NCBI GenBank assembly: GCA_002633005.1
Contig: NMRA01000008.1
Coordinates: 626,985-690,984 of the forward strand
Direction: 5' to 3'
Origin: Phoronis australis
Taxonomy: Eukaryota; Animalia; Phoronida
DNA: 64,000 bases
The position numbers and the translations under genes were made by a program. Within the stretch, counting starts at the first letter, position 1. Every line of letters starts with the position of its first letter. A model generated the notes under the pieces. The model made no database searches. It saw only the letters and a program-made list of their open reading frames with translations, and was not told the origin of the DNA. This document shows positions 40,033 through 50,585 of the stretch, piece by piece.

Positions 40033-41092
40033 CTAAAAATATAATTCAGGGATTTAATTTTCGACAAAACTTACTCAAGTAGCAGTTGTGGTGTCATTTT
40101 TAAACACACTGTAAATTGGTTGCCTTGGCATCACGTGATGAGGTGTAAACAATATAAGAAAACAAGTGCAAAATTTAGGTTAAAATATGTAATTACCAAC
40201 CAGAATTTTTCTCATCTACATTTCCCAGAAGGTTATCTGAATTCGTGCCCAAAATTCCCCACTGAACAAGGACGTGCTCCGAAAACGATCCGGGTAGACA
40301 AGAGTAGAGATAGCAAGTTTTCTCAGTGGACTTCATTTACTCAAAACAACTTCAAGAAACTGCTGAACACTATTCGAGGCAATCACGTCCCACTTGGTCA
40401 ACAAATTGTCGTCAAACATCGCCCACTATAATTTTCTTCAATTTTTGGAGGAGCTACAAAGACCCGCCCGAACCGTAGCCTTAGGGCCTGACGCCACCGG
40501 ATGTTTACGAGCCGAAAATAGTACCACGATTCATGCATTTGGAAAACGACAGCAGCGGCGCAGACGAAATCCCAGGAAATGAAATGATGATACGCATTAC
40601 ACTTTGTACGATTATAGTTCAACCACTGCCCAGTTGTAAATACGTGTGCGAATTTACCAAGCGCGAAAACAAACGTGGTAATTTATTCTGCCGAATTATC
40701 TCTCCATACAATGTCAAACTATCATAATCTGCAAAATGTTATTTCAAACTTTAGCTATGGAGAGGGGTGGAAATTACAAGACTAAAGCATATCAATTGCA
40801 CATCTAAAAATTCCTCAGTTACAAAAAAAAACTTGATTATCGATAATTTTCATATCAGCCAGACCTCAGGCTTTATCAATATCTATAGCCATAAAAACCA
40901 TGGGGAAATGAGAGGCGGGGGATGAAGTTCATGACCGTGATATCGGGTGGAGAGAAACTGGTGAAGATCGAGGGAGATTGTCACGGCGGAATGTTGGGCA
41001 GGTAGACAAAATACAACAGCTGGACTATTGATAACCATAGAGTAGTTGTTGAAATGAAACGTGGCAAACTCTCAAGACAAAACACGGCTTAC

Positions 41093-41170
41093 CCATTATG
41101 GTAAATATGTTTTTGTCGACGACTCTTAGACTTGTAACCGGACCACTGATGTTTATAAATGTCATGTACT
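41093..41170 (-). CDS. ADAMTS-like exon 6 (spacer domain start)
   Basis: Acceptor CCATTTTAG|AG. Encodes EYMTFINISGPVTSLRVVDKNIFTIM, which resembles the first strands of the ADAMTS spacer. Donor G|GTAAGC. Phases 1/1 fit both neighbours. Confidence 0.75.
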
Positions 41171-42114
41171 CTAAAATGGAGATGTACAACTTTCATTAAA
41201 CAAAATGTCGTTCATCCAGATGAAATACTTTAAAATGTGAAAAACCTAATATAAACCAAATCGTCTGGAAGGCTTTCAACTTCAAAAGTTTGCCAACGCA
41301 TGTCATTTCCATTGGGAGATGACAACTGTCCGATTCCTGAGAACGCCGACGTGTGTCGTCGCAATTTTTGCAGTAATCGGACAGTTGTACCAGTTACGTA
41401 TCTCGTTTTATCGAATGGCATTGCTTTGCAGCGACGTCTTGCGGTGAATGGTTGCAAAAATCAGTGAACAGACGACCAATAAAATAAACAACGACCAGTT
41501 AGAAGACGCGCGCGTGAACTGAAAAAAAGTTGGGAGATTTAATATAAACGCTTTTGTTCTTGTTCTTTCCAATCAGCTTTGCGTTTTAAATGCACAAGAT
41601 ATTTCAAACATGCACTGTGAGAGCACAAAAGCGATTGTCACTAGACCCATATCGAAATTCTGGTGTGTAAGATGGGCCGACTTGACAGAAACGAAACCCA
41701 GTTTCTTCATTCACGGACATTCGGAGACGTTGTGAGAATTGCTTAAATATCCCACCAGCGATTTGGCGACATGAGTATAGCAAAAGTCTAAAAAACTGAA
41801 GGTGTTAAAGCCCACTGCGTTTATGTCTGTCTGAACCAACTATGCAATCGCCATCTAGCGATAAGGCGTATTTCATGTGCATGTCGTTATAATAAAAATG
41901 AATGTTAAAGCAATTATAGAAAACGTCGATTTTACAACAGTTTTCGTCAGTTAAAGAAGCTGTCTAAGCATGATGTCGACGAACCCACAACAGAAAAATA
42001 AAACAAATGAAAAAAAATTATCACAACAGTATTTATCCCAAACGATACTTAAACTGTCAATACCCAATGATTTCCCTTAGCACTTGTCAAACACAAAACA
42101 CACCCATTGGCTAC

Positions 42115-42235
42115 CTTTATATTTTCCGGAAGTGACGTTTCCGGACCGCCTTTGACATGTGTTGCCTCCACCGCCACACAATCCACATTGGTCGAAATGT
42201 TTTTGGGAGTCAAACAAACCATCGCAACCAAAATG
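42115..42235 (-). CDS. ADAMTS-like exon 5 (end of Cys-rich domain)
   Basis: Acceptor TTTAG|CAT. Encodes [40 protein letters not shown] (GCD...S...D.CG.CGG...C). Donor G|GTAGCC, phase 1. This frame is not in the supplied ORF track. Confidence 0.9.
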
Positions 42236-42362
42236 CTAAAATAAAACACAAAATACAACATTTAAAAGCGGAAGAGGGAAGAAACGTAACACTTTGATGC
42301 ATGCTTGACATGATCAACCAGCTCGACTGTCCATTGGACTAAACAACTCTCCGAGCACTTAA

Positions 42363-43611
42363 AGGCGAAGGCAACCTTTTTCCATGTCATTTTGAGCTAA
42401 AATAAGGTTGGTCGGTTATCCTAGACATATTTTTCACTTAATTACAGCTTTTCGTAATTTTATTAATTACTCGTCCGCTTTTCCGGAAGTGACGTTTTAG
42501 GAGGCAAGCGCTTCCCGCCACTTGGTTTTGCGTTGAGATTACTGTGCGAATCTGTTCTATTCTACTTTTGTTTTGTGCTATTTTTCACCAATTNNNNNNN
42601 NNNNNNNNNNNNNNNNNNNNNNNNNNNNNNNNNNNNNNNNNNNNNNNNNNNNNNNNNNNNNNNNNNNNNNNNNNNNNNNNNNNNNNNNNNNNNNNNNNNN
42701 NNNNNNNNNNNNNNNNNNNNNNNNNNNNNNNNNNNNNNNNNNNNNNNNNNNNNNNNNNNNNNNNNNNNNNNNNNNNNNNNNNNNNNNNNNNNNNNNNNNN
42801 NNNNNNNNNNNNNNNNNNNNNNNNNNNNNNNNNNNNNNNNNNNNNNNNNNNNNNNNNNNNNNNNNNNNNNNNNNNNNNNNNNNNNNNNNNNNNNNNNNNN
42901 NNNNNNNNNNNNNNNNNNNNNNNNNNNNNNNNNNNNNNNNNNNNNNNNNNNNNNNNNNNNNNNNNNNNNNNNNNNNNNNNNNNNNNNNNNNNNNNNNNNN
43001 NNNNNNNNNNNNNNNNNNNNNNNNNNNNNNNNNNNNNNNNNNNNNNNNNNNNNNNNNNNNNNNNNNNNNNNNNNNNNNNNNNNNNNNNNNNNNNNNNNNN
43101 NNNNNNNNNNNNNNNNNNNNNNNNNNNNNNNNNNNNNNNNNNNNNNNNNNNNNNNNNNNNNNNNNNNNNNNNNNNNNNNNNNNNNNNNNNNNNNNNNNNN
43201 NNNNNNNNNNNNNNNNNNNNNNNNNNNNNNNNNNNNNNNNNNNNNNNNNNNNNNNNNNNNNNNNNNNNNNNNNNNNNNNNNNNNNNNNNNNNNNNNNNNN
43301 NNNNNNNNTAATTACTACATCCCGGTACGCAGCAACAGTGTGGCATGTTGACTGACTAGTAAATGAAAGCGAACGACGACGGAACTTAACACAACCGAGG
43401 TAGAACAATGACTGACTCGGCAGCTCTCACAGTCAGACTATGTGAAAAGAAATTGGCGGAAAGCGCTTGCCTCCTAAAACGTCACTTCCGGAAAAGCGGA
43501 CGAATAATTAATAAAATTACGAAAAGCTGTAATTAAGTGAAAAATATGTCTAGGATAACCAACCAACCTTATTTTAGCTCAAAATGACATGGAAAAAGGT
43601 TGCCTTCGCCT
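42363..43611 (-). mobile_element. Kolobok-type DNA transposon with about 155-bp TIRs, carrying the start of a THAP ORF; interior mostly an N gap
   Basis: TTAA|AGGCGAAGGCAACC...GGTTGCCTTCGCCT|TTAA (TTAA TSD, AG termini) with near-identical long TIRs. ATG at 43346 (-) gives MPHCCCVPGCSN, a THAP zinc-finger N-terminus. Confidence 0.8.
42594..43308. other. Assembly gap (N run)
   Basis: 715 consecutive n characters. Confidence 1.
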
Positions 43612-43774
43612 TTAAGTAGTGTGGTCCCTACCGACAACGTATTGGAATGGACGACTTTGGGTATTTGTTCTACAGGAAAGGAGAAATTCCACAAACTAAT
43701 ACCCACCTGCATAACCGTGTAAGCTGATCGTATAAATGGCATAATGTCACGCGTAACAGGAGGCTCGAACCTAC

Positions 43775-43917
43775 CGTACACTGCCCACTAACGCAAACGT
43801 CATAGCCCCAGTCACTTGACGTCGATATGCATGAGGTACCGTCAATAACTTCAGCGGATCGCTGAACAGCAATCTTTGGCGCACTCGCACTACAATGCAG
43901 TTCACATTGCTGGCTTT
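43775..43917 (-). CDS. ADAMTS-like exon 4 (Cys-rich domain)
   Basis: Acceptor TCGTTGCAG|AA. Encodes SQQCELHCSASAPKIAVQRSAEVIDGTSCISTSSDWGYDVCVSGQCT (C.L.C...VIDGT.C...CV.G.C). Donor ACG|GTAGGT, phase 0. Confidence 0.92.
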
Positions 43918-44440
43918 CTGCAACGAAAGGTAAAACGTTTTGTCGTTTGTCAATGGTTCGGTCGAAAAAGGCGCGGCCACGTACGTGGCAAGTACATGAC
44001 AAGACGGGGAATAATGTTGCCATGATAAAATGATTGTGAATAGTCTCTATAAGGCGGCTACAAACTCGCGTCCCATAGAAGAAACAAAAGTTTGATTTTG
44101 ACCACTAACAGTACTCGGCGAATAAAGTGACACATGGCTATATGCGATGTCAACTTATTGGGCACGGTCTAAAGCAATAACGCCCGATTCTGCCAAGAAA
44201 TCACCCCTCACTTGACCAAGTATCAGGAACAAGTTGATAACTTGAAGACTAAATCAAAACTATTTTTGACGGAAGGTGTTTGTATGACAGCTTTAAGTTT
44301 TCCAATAAGTCGTTGCTATAGATCGACATACCCGGCAATTCGTCACCATTATTCTGCGTTCCGTAAACGTGATTACCTCTCGTCTACGGAACTCAACCAA
44401 GTGAAGACATTCTCAATATCACCAAATGTTTGCATATTAC

Positions 44441-44616
44441 GTTTTGAGCGTCTGTCCCACTGCCATTCATAGAGACTCCTAGTGATACCAAACGGCCTGT
44501 TGTTCGTTGCTGCACACTGCTGGTCGCGAAAATCAACTGTCTGTCCCGGACATGCCTGTGTATTGCACATCTCCGCTATGACATCACTTCCAGGGCATCC
44601 ATTGCGTCTAAGCCCA
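44441..44616 (-). CDS. ADAMTS-like exon 3 (end of TSR1, start of Cys-rich domain)
   Basis: Acceptor GTTCTCAG|T. Encodes GLRRNGCPGSDVIAEMCNTQACPGQTVDFRDQQCAATNN...YEWQW, with the ADAMTS hallmark CNTQ.CP...DFR..QC. Donor C|GTAATA, phase 1. Confidence 0.92.
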
Positions 44617-45012
44617 CTGAGAACAAAAATCATACGCAGTAAGGGCAGATACATTGAAACGCTACATGATTTAACAACGATGCACTGACAAATGTGGTGT
44701 AATTTGATTTGGTATTGACATCAATAAGTTGGTGTGGCTCCATAAATAAAAGTGTCTTTTGAACCGAAATTTTGGTTGTACTGTCAACTCTAGTCTACAC
44801 GTGTGAATGAAGTTTAACTGAAGTTCATCAAGCAGATAAATACCAAAAGGAACATGTAATGGCCATGGAAGTGGCAAGCCTACCTCCCACTCAGCCGTTA
44901 CTTTAGCCCCTAACAAGTATTTGGGTGCAGACACAGCCTCCCCCAGGCCGAGACCTCAATACTATCCCAAAACCTGAATATCATTAGTTCGAAGGAGAGT
45001 TTGCAAACTTAC

Positions 45013-45119
45013 AATTTACAGAATCGCCGTTTGACCCGGACGCCACCACCACATGTCCGACTACATGGGCCCCATGTGTCTTCGAAGTTTGACCATGTTC
45101 CATCAGCCGTGCTTAAACC
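45013..45119 (-). CDS. ADAMTS-like exon 2 (first TSR, N-terminal half)
   Basis: Acceptor CTCTCTAG|GGT. Encodes GLSTADGTWSNFEDTWGPCSRTCGGGVRVKRRFCK (TSR W..W..CSRTCGGG..R.R.C). Donor TT|GTAAGT, phase 2. Confidence 0.92.
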
Positions 45120-45354
45120 CTAGAGAGAAAGCTTTCATGGCTTGTTAATGCTTTTAACTGGTGATTCTAATAACGATGGCTGTGAAAAAAGATTCCTTTT
45201 CGTGTTAAAAAAACGGCGTGGTATGAACGTCTTGAAGTCTGGTGTTAGAACAACCGAGATTTCTTAATTCCAACTCACGGCGCAAGTAGTCGCTTTTGAA
45301 ATCGGTACTACTAGTCCATCCGATAATTATGGAAAGCCTACTGGGCCTAATATT

Positions 45355-45484
45355 TCTTTTCGAAATCAAACTCGAGCACAGAACATTAGACACTTATCTC
45401 GAGTTTTCCTCAAAAGTAGAACGGAAAGTGACTAAAAGGATTTCAAGTTCGATTTCGAGAGCAAGGATAAAACTCCGGCCCCAG
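45355..45484. mobile_element. Right-arm remnant of the same Harbinger-like MITE family
   Basis: ACTCGAGCACAGAA...CAAAAGTAGA...ATTTCGAG...CCGGCCCCAG resembles 36250-36364. Confidence 0.6.
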
Positions 45485-46578
45485 AACGTGGGTTGAAAAA
45501 AATTTAAGATCTATTCTATACAGTTCTTTTTATTCCAACTCAACCCAAGAAGATTTTACGCTAAGAGACTTGGCCTCAATTCAGAAACTTGCAACAGTCT
45601 GCGTGCTTTTACATGAGCATCGAGTCATCCACAGCTGAACGCCAACATCAAATGACTACGAGAATGACGAAATTTTTTTGCACGAATGAAAATTGAAATT
45701 GAAGGTATTCCATTTCTGCAACGTCACCTCCCGTTGTCGCGCTGCTTGAACCAGCTACAGCACAGAAATATTCGTGCCCAAAGTGTCCACCCATTCGCGC
45801 TACATTGCAACGCGAATTACACTCACGTCGCTCGCTTACGTGTTGTCGGGAAAGTCCTTTACAATGTCGCGCGAAGTGGCGGCCACATTTAGCTTGAAAC
45901 TTCAGCGTGCAAAGTAAACAATGACTGACGAAGAAGACTATTGCTGTATTAGACGTGCAAAAGACGAATTACTGGGTTTCGAAATTAGTGGATCAAAATT
46001 ATAACAAAGCAGGCCGTAGGCCTACAGAAAGATTGCTCATGACAATATTCTCGTAACATCATGCGAAGGATTGGGTTTGCCAAATCTAGTGTTTCCTTCG
46101 TGACTAACTGAATCCGCTTCAATTCAGTTGTTTTAAGCAAATGTCTTAGTTAGTAATCGACATGTAATTTGTCATACAAGAACTTCTGAGCACGAAAGGA
46201 ACTAAAAAAATTGTCTTGGTCAAGTCGAAATTTGAAAGCTGTGATTGGTTCAAGCAACGCAATGAAGCGAGGCGACGGCGTAGAAATTAAATATCGTTAC
46301 ATTTCAGTTTCAGACGCGTGACGTCGCTACTGGCTCACCCGTCGCTTGCGTGGGCGTACGGGTGCAGACACCACAACAGAAATCCAGTTGATTCAATTAA
46401 ACGTCTCCAAGAGAATCGACTCTCTCAATTTCGTGCAGTTTGCTAGGCCTTTAAAGTCGCGAGTTAACGCCATGCGCCACAAATGGTTTACTCTAACCAA
46501 TTGGTGTAAAAAAGACTGCAAACTGCATGCGTGCTTTGAAAACTAAAATTAAACGAAATACGAAACAAAAGCTCGTAC

Positions 46579-46647
46579 CTGTTCTACTGTAACTCCAGTC
46601 AAGGTGAAAGCTGTCAGAATGACTACTACAAACTTGAAACTACACAT
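46579..46647 (-). CDS. ADAMTS-like secreted TSR protein, exon 1 (signal peptide)
   Basis: Kozak-like ACCACCATG. Encodes MCSFKFVVVILTAFTLTGVTVEQ, a hydrophobic signal peptide. Donor CAG|GTACGA, phase 0, matches exon 2. TATATATA about 60 nt upstream. Confidence 0.8.
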
Positions 46648-46699
46648 GGTGGTTGAATGTTATAGAAGTAACAGTTTATTTGTCAATATCTCGAACGCA

Positions 46700-46790
46700 A
46701 ATGGCTATATATAAGGCAGCATTCAGCGAAGATAAGAGTCGCAGGGGAGTAGCAGACGAAACGATAGATATAATCATGACGTCATCAACT
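46700..46790 (-). promoter_or_regulatory. Probable ADAMTS-like gene core promoter (TATA plus CRE)
   Basis: TATATATA at 46706-46713 and a perfect palindromic CRE TGACGTCA at 46777-46784, directly upstream of the signal-peptide exon. Confidence 0.5.
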
Positions 46791-47299
46791 ACCGGCTGAC
46801 AGAATTCGCTGGTTCCCGCGGGGAACAGACATGACAGTCTACGTGAACAAACATGTGTTTGTTTTTGCATTAAATGGGTGCAAATTATTTTATCTTATCC
46901 GCCATTGTTGAAAAATGTAATTAAAAAGTACTCGACTGCCGTTTACCTTACGATACCGGTGCAATATAAACAGGTTACGCTATCAAAACCATGAAACATG
47001 AATAGTCGTTAAAATTTTAATCTCTGCAGGAGAGGTAAACAGAAATTTAAATTTGCCCCCTTGTGAGTTGTAGAAGTAAAGATTTGTTAAGGTACGAACT
47101 GCGAGTTTTGACATTCATGAACGGGAATCAATATTAATGGCATAGGCGTTGCTCACGATACGATAATTCAACAAACCTAAGCTTTTAAACCGTTCTGATT
47201 GCACGCTCGTAGATTGTGTCATTGGTTTCAAAATGCTGATGTTTGCTGTAGAAATCATTACTTAACTCTGATTAAAGTGTAAATATCAATTTTCTGAAA

Positions 47300-49120
47300 C
47301 ACGCGGCGTGCAGGCCCAAACTGTCACAACGTCTCAATTTGTCACATCGTCAAAATTGGAGCTGCGCCGCGGGCCCAAATTGTCACAATTCGCCCAAACT
47401 GTCACAGCAGTTTTTGGGTATGACATGCTATAATACAAAACTGTCACAACGGCTCAAATTGTCACAACAACATGAGTTTTGAAAGTGGAGTATTTTAGTT
47501 ACCGTGATGGAATATTTTACTAAAAAGACACGCTACGGTACAAAATACGCAAATTGACGACCAACATTAGAGAGGTTTCGCAAAGCGGCGTGAATGTGAG
47601 TTATCACACATATATAATACATGCCATTGTTGGCTGTGCCGTAATCCCGATAGTATTTGCGTATTTTACGCGAATACAAGGAGATTCGCGTCGCTTTAAA
47701 TGCGAAACCTGGGGCCCCTTTTTAATTCTTATTTGGCAAGCCATCAAAACGACTTTCATTTTGATAGGGTTCTCAATATTTCTTCTTTGCTTCAGCATAA
47801 AATAAACATGATTCTTTTGTCTAAAATTTTTCTTAAAGTCTAGCCGAAGGAAGGTCTTTTTCAAAAATCTTTATTCTGCCGGGATTTGCATCGAACTAGA
47901 ATAAATTTTTAACAGATATGATTTTGTGTTACATACTTAAGTGTAATTTACTTGCATTTATTTATTTTAAACTGAAAATAAATTTCGCATTTTAAAAGTT
48001 GATCATTTTGCAGGAGTTCTTAGAAACTACTTTTTTCACATTCAACATATATTTCTATCTTGCATATCTGTAGCAGATAATATCAGGATGTCCAGTACAT
48101 ATTATGTACTACGATAACTGGACATCCTGAGCTCAGTTATTCAGTTCACATTTACTTTCACGTTCACGTAACAATTAAACTTTTGCGAAACCCATTTTTG
48201 TTTCCGTAACGTTAATCGGCACGCGCAATGAAATATGCGTCATAATTCACGTTCATGTCGCTTTCCAAAACCTCTCTAATTTCAACAGTTTAGAATTCGA
48301 GAAGTGTATGGATGTAAAGTTAACATCATTTCACTTTGCACCCAGGAATATGTACACGATCAAGACTGTATTTACAAAAATTGTTTCCTGTCTCCCGCAA
48401 TTGAACGCATGCGCCTATTTGAAGAGCTGCACCTAATTACGGAGCCTAGGTGTACGTGCGTATATGCAATACATTTGAGTAGCAAAAGCTTGCGAAAGAA
48501 ACGCATTATTTCGCATTTAGACGCAAGCGCGTGTATGTAGAAGGAGACTCACATGCGCTGCGCGACGTTGTTCTGCAGAAACTGGGTCACGCATTTCGGT
48601 CACTTATATTAGAAATTGTTCGTGGTAAGATTACCTGTCTGTGGTTGGAGTTCTTATTCCGTGGTAAAAGTGTTTCTTTGCTTGATAAGAGTTTTTGCGT
48701 TGTGTGGTAGGGGAGCGCACCCGTGTTTCGAGTTGGCGTCCATTCCCCCGGTGTTGGAAAACCAAAATGTTCTGCAATCCGGCTGTAACGACCGTCTACG
48801 CTTGTAAACGTTTGAATCTGGCGACAGTCTGCATACATCTGGGAACCATTGCCGCTGCAACATCAGTTTATTTCAGTTTTAACAAAATAATGTTTTCATC
48901 TTGTAATTAGGATATCTCACCCTTCTTGGTGGAATATCTAATCTTGTAATCGAAATATTCCATTGACACATCTTACGTTATTGTGAAAATTTGGAAACAT
49001 TGTTTGTGACAAATTGTGCAAATTTTGACAATTTGGGCTGCAGCGCTGACCCAAATTGTCACAGTTTTGAAGTTGCGACATTTTGGAGTATTTTGACAAT
49101 TTGTGCCTGCACAACGCGGG
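47300..49120. mobile_element. About 1.8-kb TIR element with subterminal CAAA(C/T)TGTCACA repeats
   Basis: CACGCGGCGTGCAGGCCCAAACTGTCA (47300) versus TGACAATTTGTGCCTGCACAACGCGGG (to 49120). About six CAAAYTGTCACA-like motifs at 47316-47467 and inverted or mixed copies at 49005-49101. No intact ORF. Confidence 0.6.
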
Positions 49121-49604
49121 AAAACTTTCCAATGATCCCCTGCTACGTGTCAACCGGTAGTGGTTGACACTAACCCTGCGTTCTTTGATAGCGTATCAGT
49201 CGGTAGACATTTCCCTGAACGCTGTCGATCGGATATGTTTATCATCTTTAGTTACTTTGTCGGGATCTGCCGATAACGATCTCAACAAGAAAATTTGCAA
49301 CTATACACAAATTACGGATTTGAGAATTGAGATTTCGAGTTTCAAGATTGTCATTCGTTTATTGGGTAGCAGTCCTTCATTGAGCCAAACTTAGTAAATG
49401 TGAGGAGAGTTTGGTACCAAGTATCTTTAGTTTGTTACAGTCGAGATCGCATTAGGCAAAAAGTCCTCATACATATAAAACAGGCAAAGACAAACGTTAA
49501 GAACAACATTAATATGATTCCGGGGAACGGGTTCTAATTTTTGTACTCGAAATTATTGTTTTTGGCATTTTCTGTTTTACTTTTGTGCGAACTTAAGATA
49601 AATT

Positions 49605-50160
49605 TTTATTAGTCTGTGCTCGAGAGCATTATGGTTTATTAGTCTGTGCTCCAGTACACTATGGTTTATTAGTCTGTGCTCCAGTACACTACGGTTTATT
49701 AGTCTGTGTTCGAGAACACTATGGTTTATTAGTCTGTGTTCGAGTACACTATGGTTTATTAGCCTGTGCCCCAGTACACTATGGTTTATTAGTCTGTGCT
49801 CCACTACACTATGGTTTATTAGTCTGTGCTCCAGTACACTATGGTTTATTAGTCTGTGCTCGAGTACACTATGGTTTGTTAGTCGGTGCTCCAGTACACT
49901 ATGGTTTATTAGTCCGTGATTCAGTACACTATGGTTTATTAGTCTGTGCTCGAGTACACTGTGGTTTATTAGTCTGTGCTCGAGTACACTATGGTTTATT
50001 AGTCTGTGCTCCAATACGCTGTGGTTTATTAGTCTGTGCTCGAGAACACTATGGTTTATTAGTCTGTGCCCCAGTACACTATGGTTTATTAGTCTGGGCC
50101 CCAGTACACTATGGTTTATTTGTCTGTGCTCCAGTATATTATGGTTTATTAGCCTGTACA
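49605..50160. repeat. 30-bp minisatellite, about 18.5 copies (TTTATTAGTCTGTGCTCCAGTACACTATGG)
   Basis: Two units per 60-nt line from 49621 to 50160. Preceded at about 49520-49620 by the left arm of the Harbinger-like MITE family. Confidence 0.97.
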
Positions 50161-50460
50161 CCAAAGTCTCTCGCTGTAGCATATATAAAGTGCTCTTTTT
50201 CTTCGTTTGTATATTCACTCGGCCTTAGCTAGACGGCGGCACACCCTAATCAATCCTGTACGGTGGAATATTTTCTGTAAACGTCTTTTAAAATTGGCTA
50301 AATTATCAAATTCAGGTTATTATTTTTCCTTTCGAGTGTAGATGGACACCTACTGAGGCAAATGAAGTCGTTAATTCCGTGCAGCTCAACCAAAAACATT
50401 CGTAATCATCGTATATTTTCTGAAATTGAAAACTCAACATTACAGTCAATAGGTCCAGCG

Positions 50461-50585
50461 TGAAGTTCAGTAGCTGTCTCGCGGCTAGAAAAAGTTAGCC
50501 CAAACCACGTGTTCTCACTCAAAATACACGGAAATATCTCGCGTAATCTCGCGAAGTCTTGCTTTTTAGCGAGGTCCTGGGGTTA
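50461..50585. mobile_element. MITE family A, copy 4
   Basis: AAGTTCAGTAGCTGTCTCGCGGCTAG...GTGTTCTCA...ATATCTCGCGTAATCTCGCGAAGTCTTGCTTTTTAGCGAGGTCCT. Confidence 0.75.

Noticed and set aside
42533-43408. Long ORFs of 250-276 aa in the ORF track
   Set aside because: Artefacts of translating through the N gap. Only the MPHCCCVPGCSN start is informative.
49577-50232. 213-aa (HRLINHSVLE)n ORF and the opposite-strand 118-aa ORF; also considered as a CRISPR array
   Set aside because: By-products of a 30-bp tandem repeat derived from a MITE arm. There are no unique spacers and no cas genes, and the context is eukaryotic.
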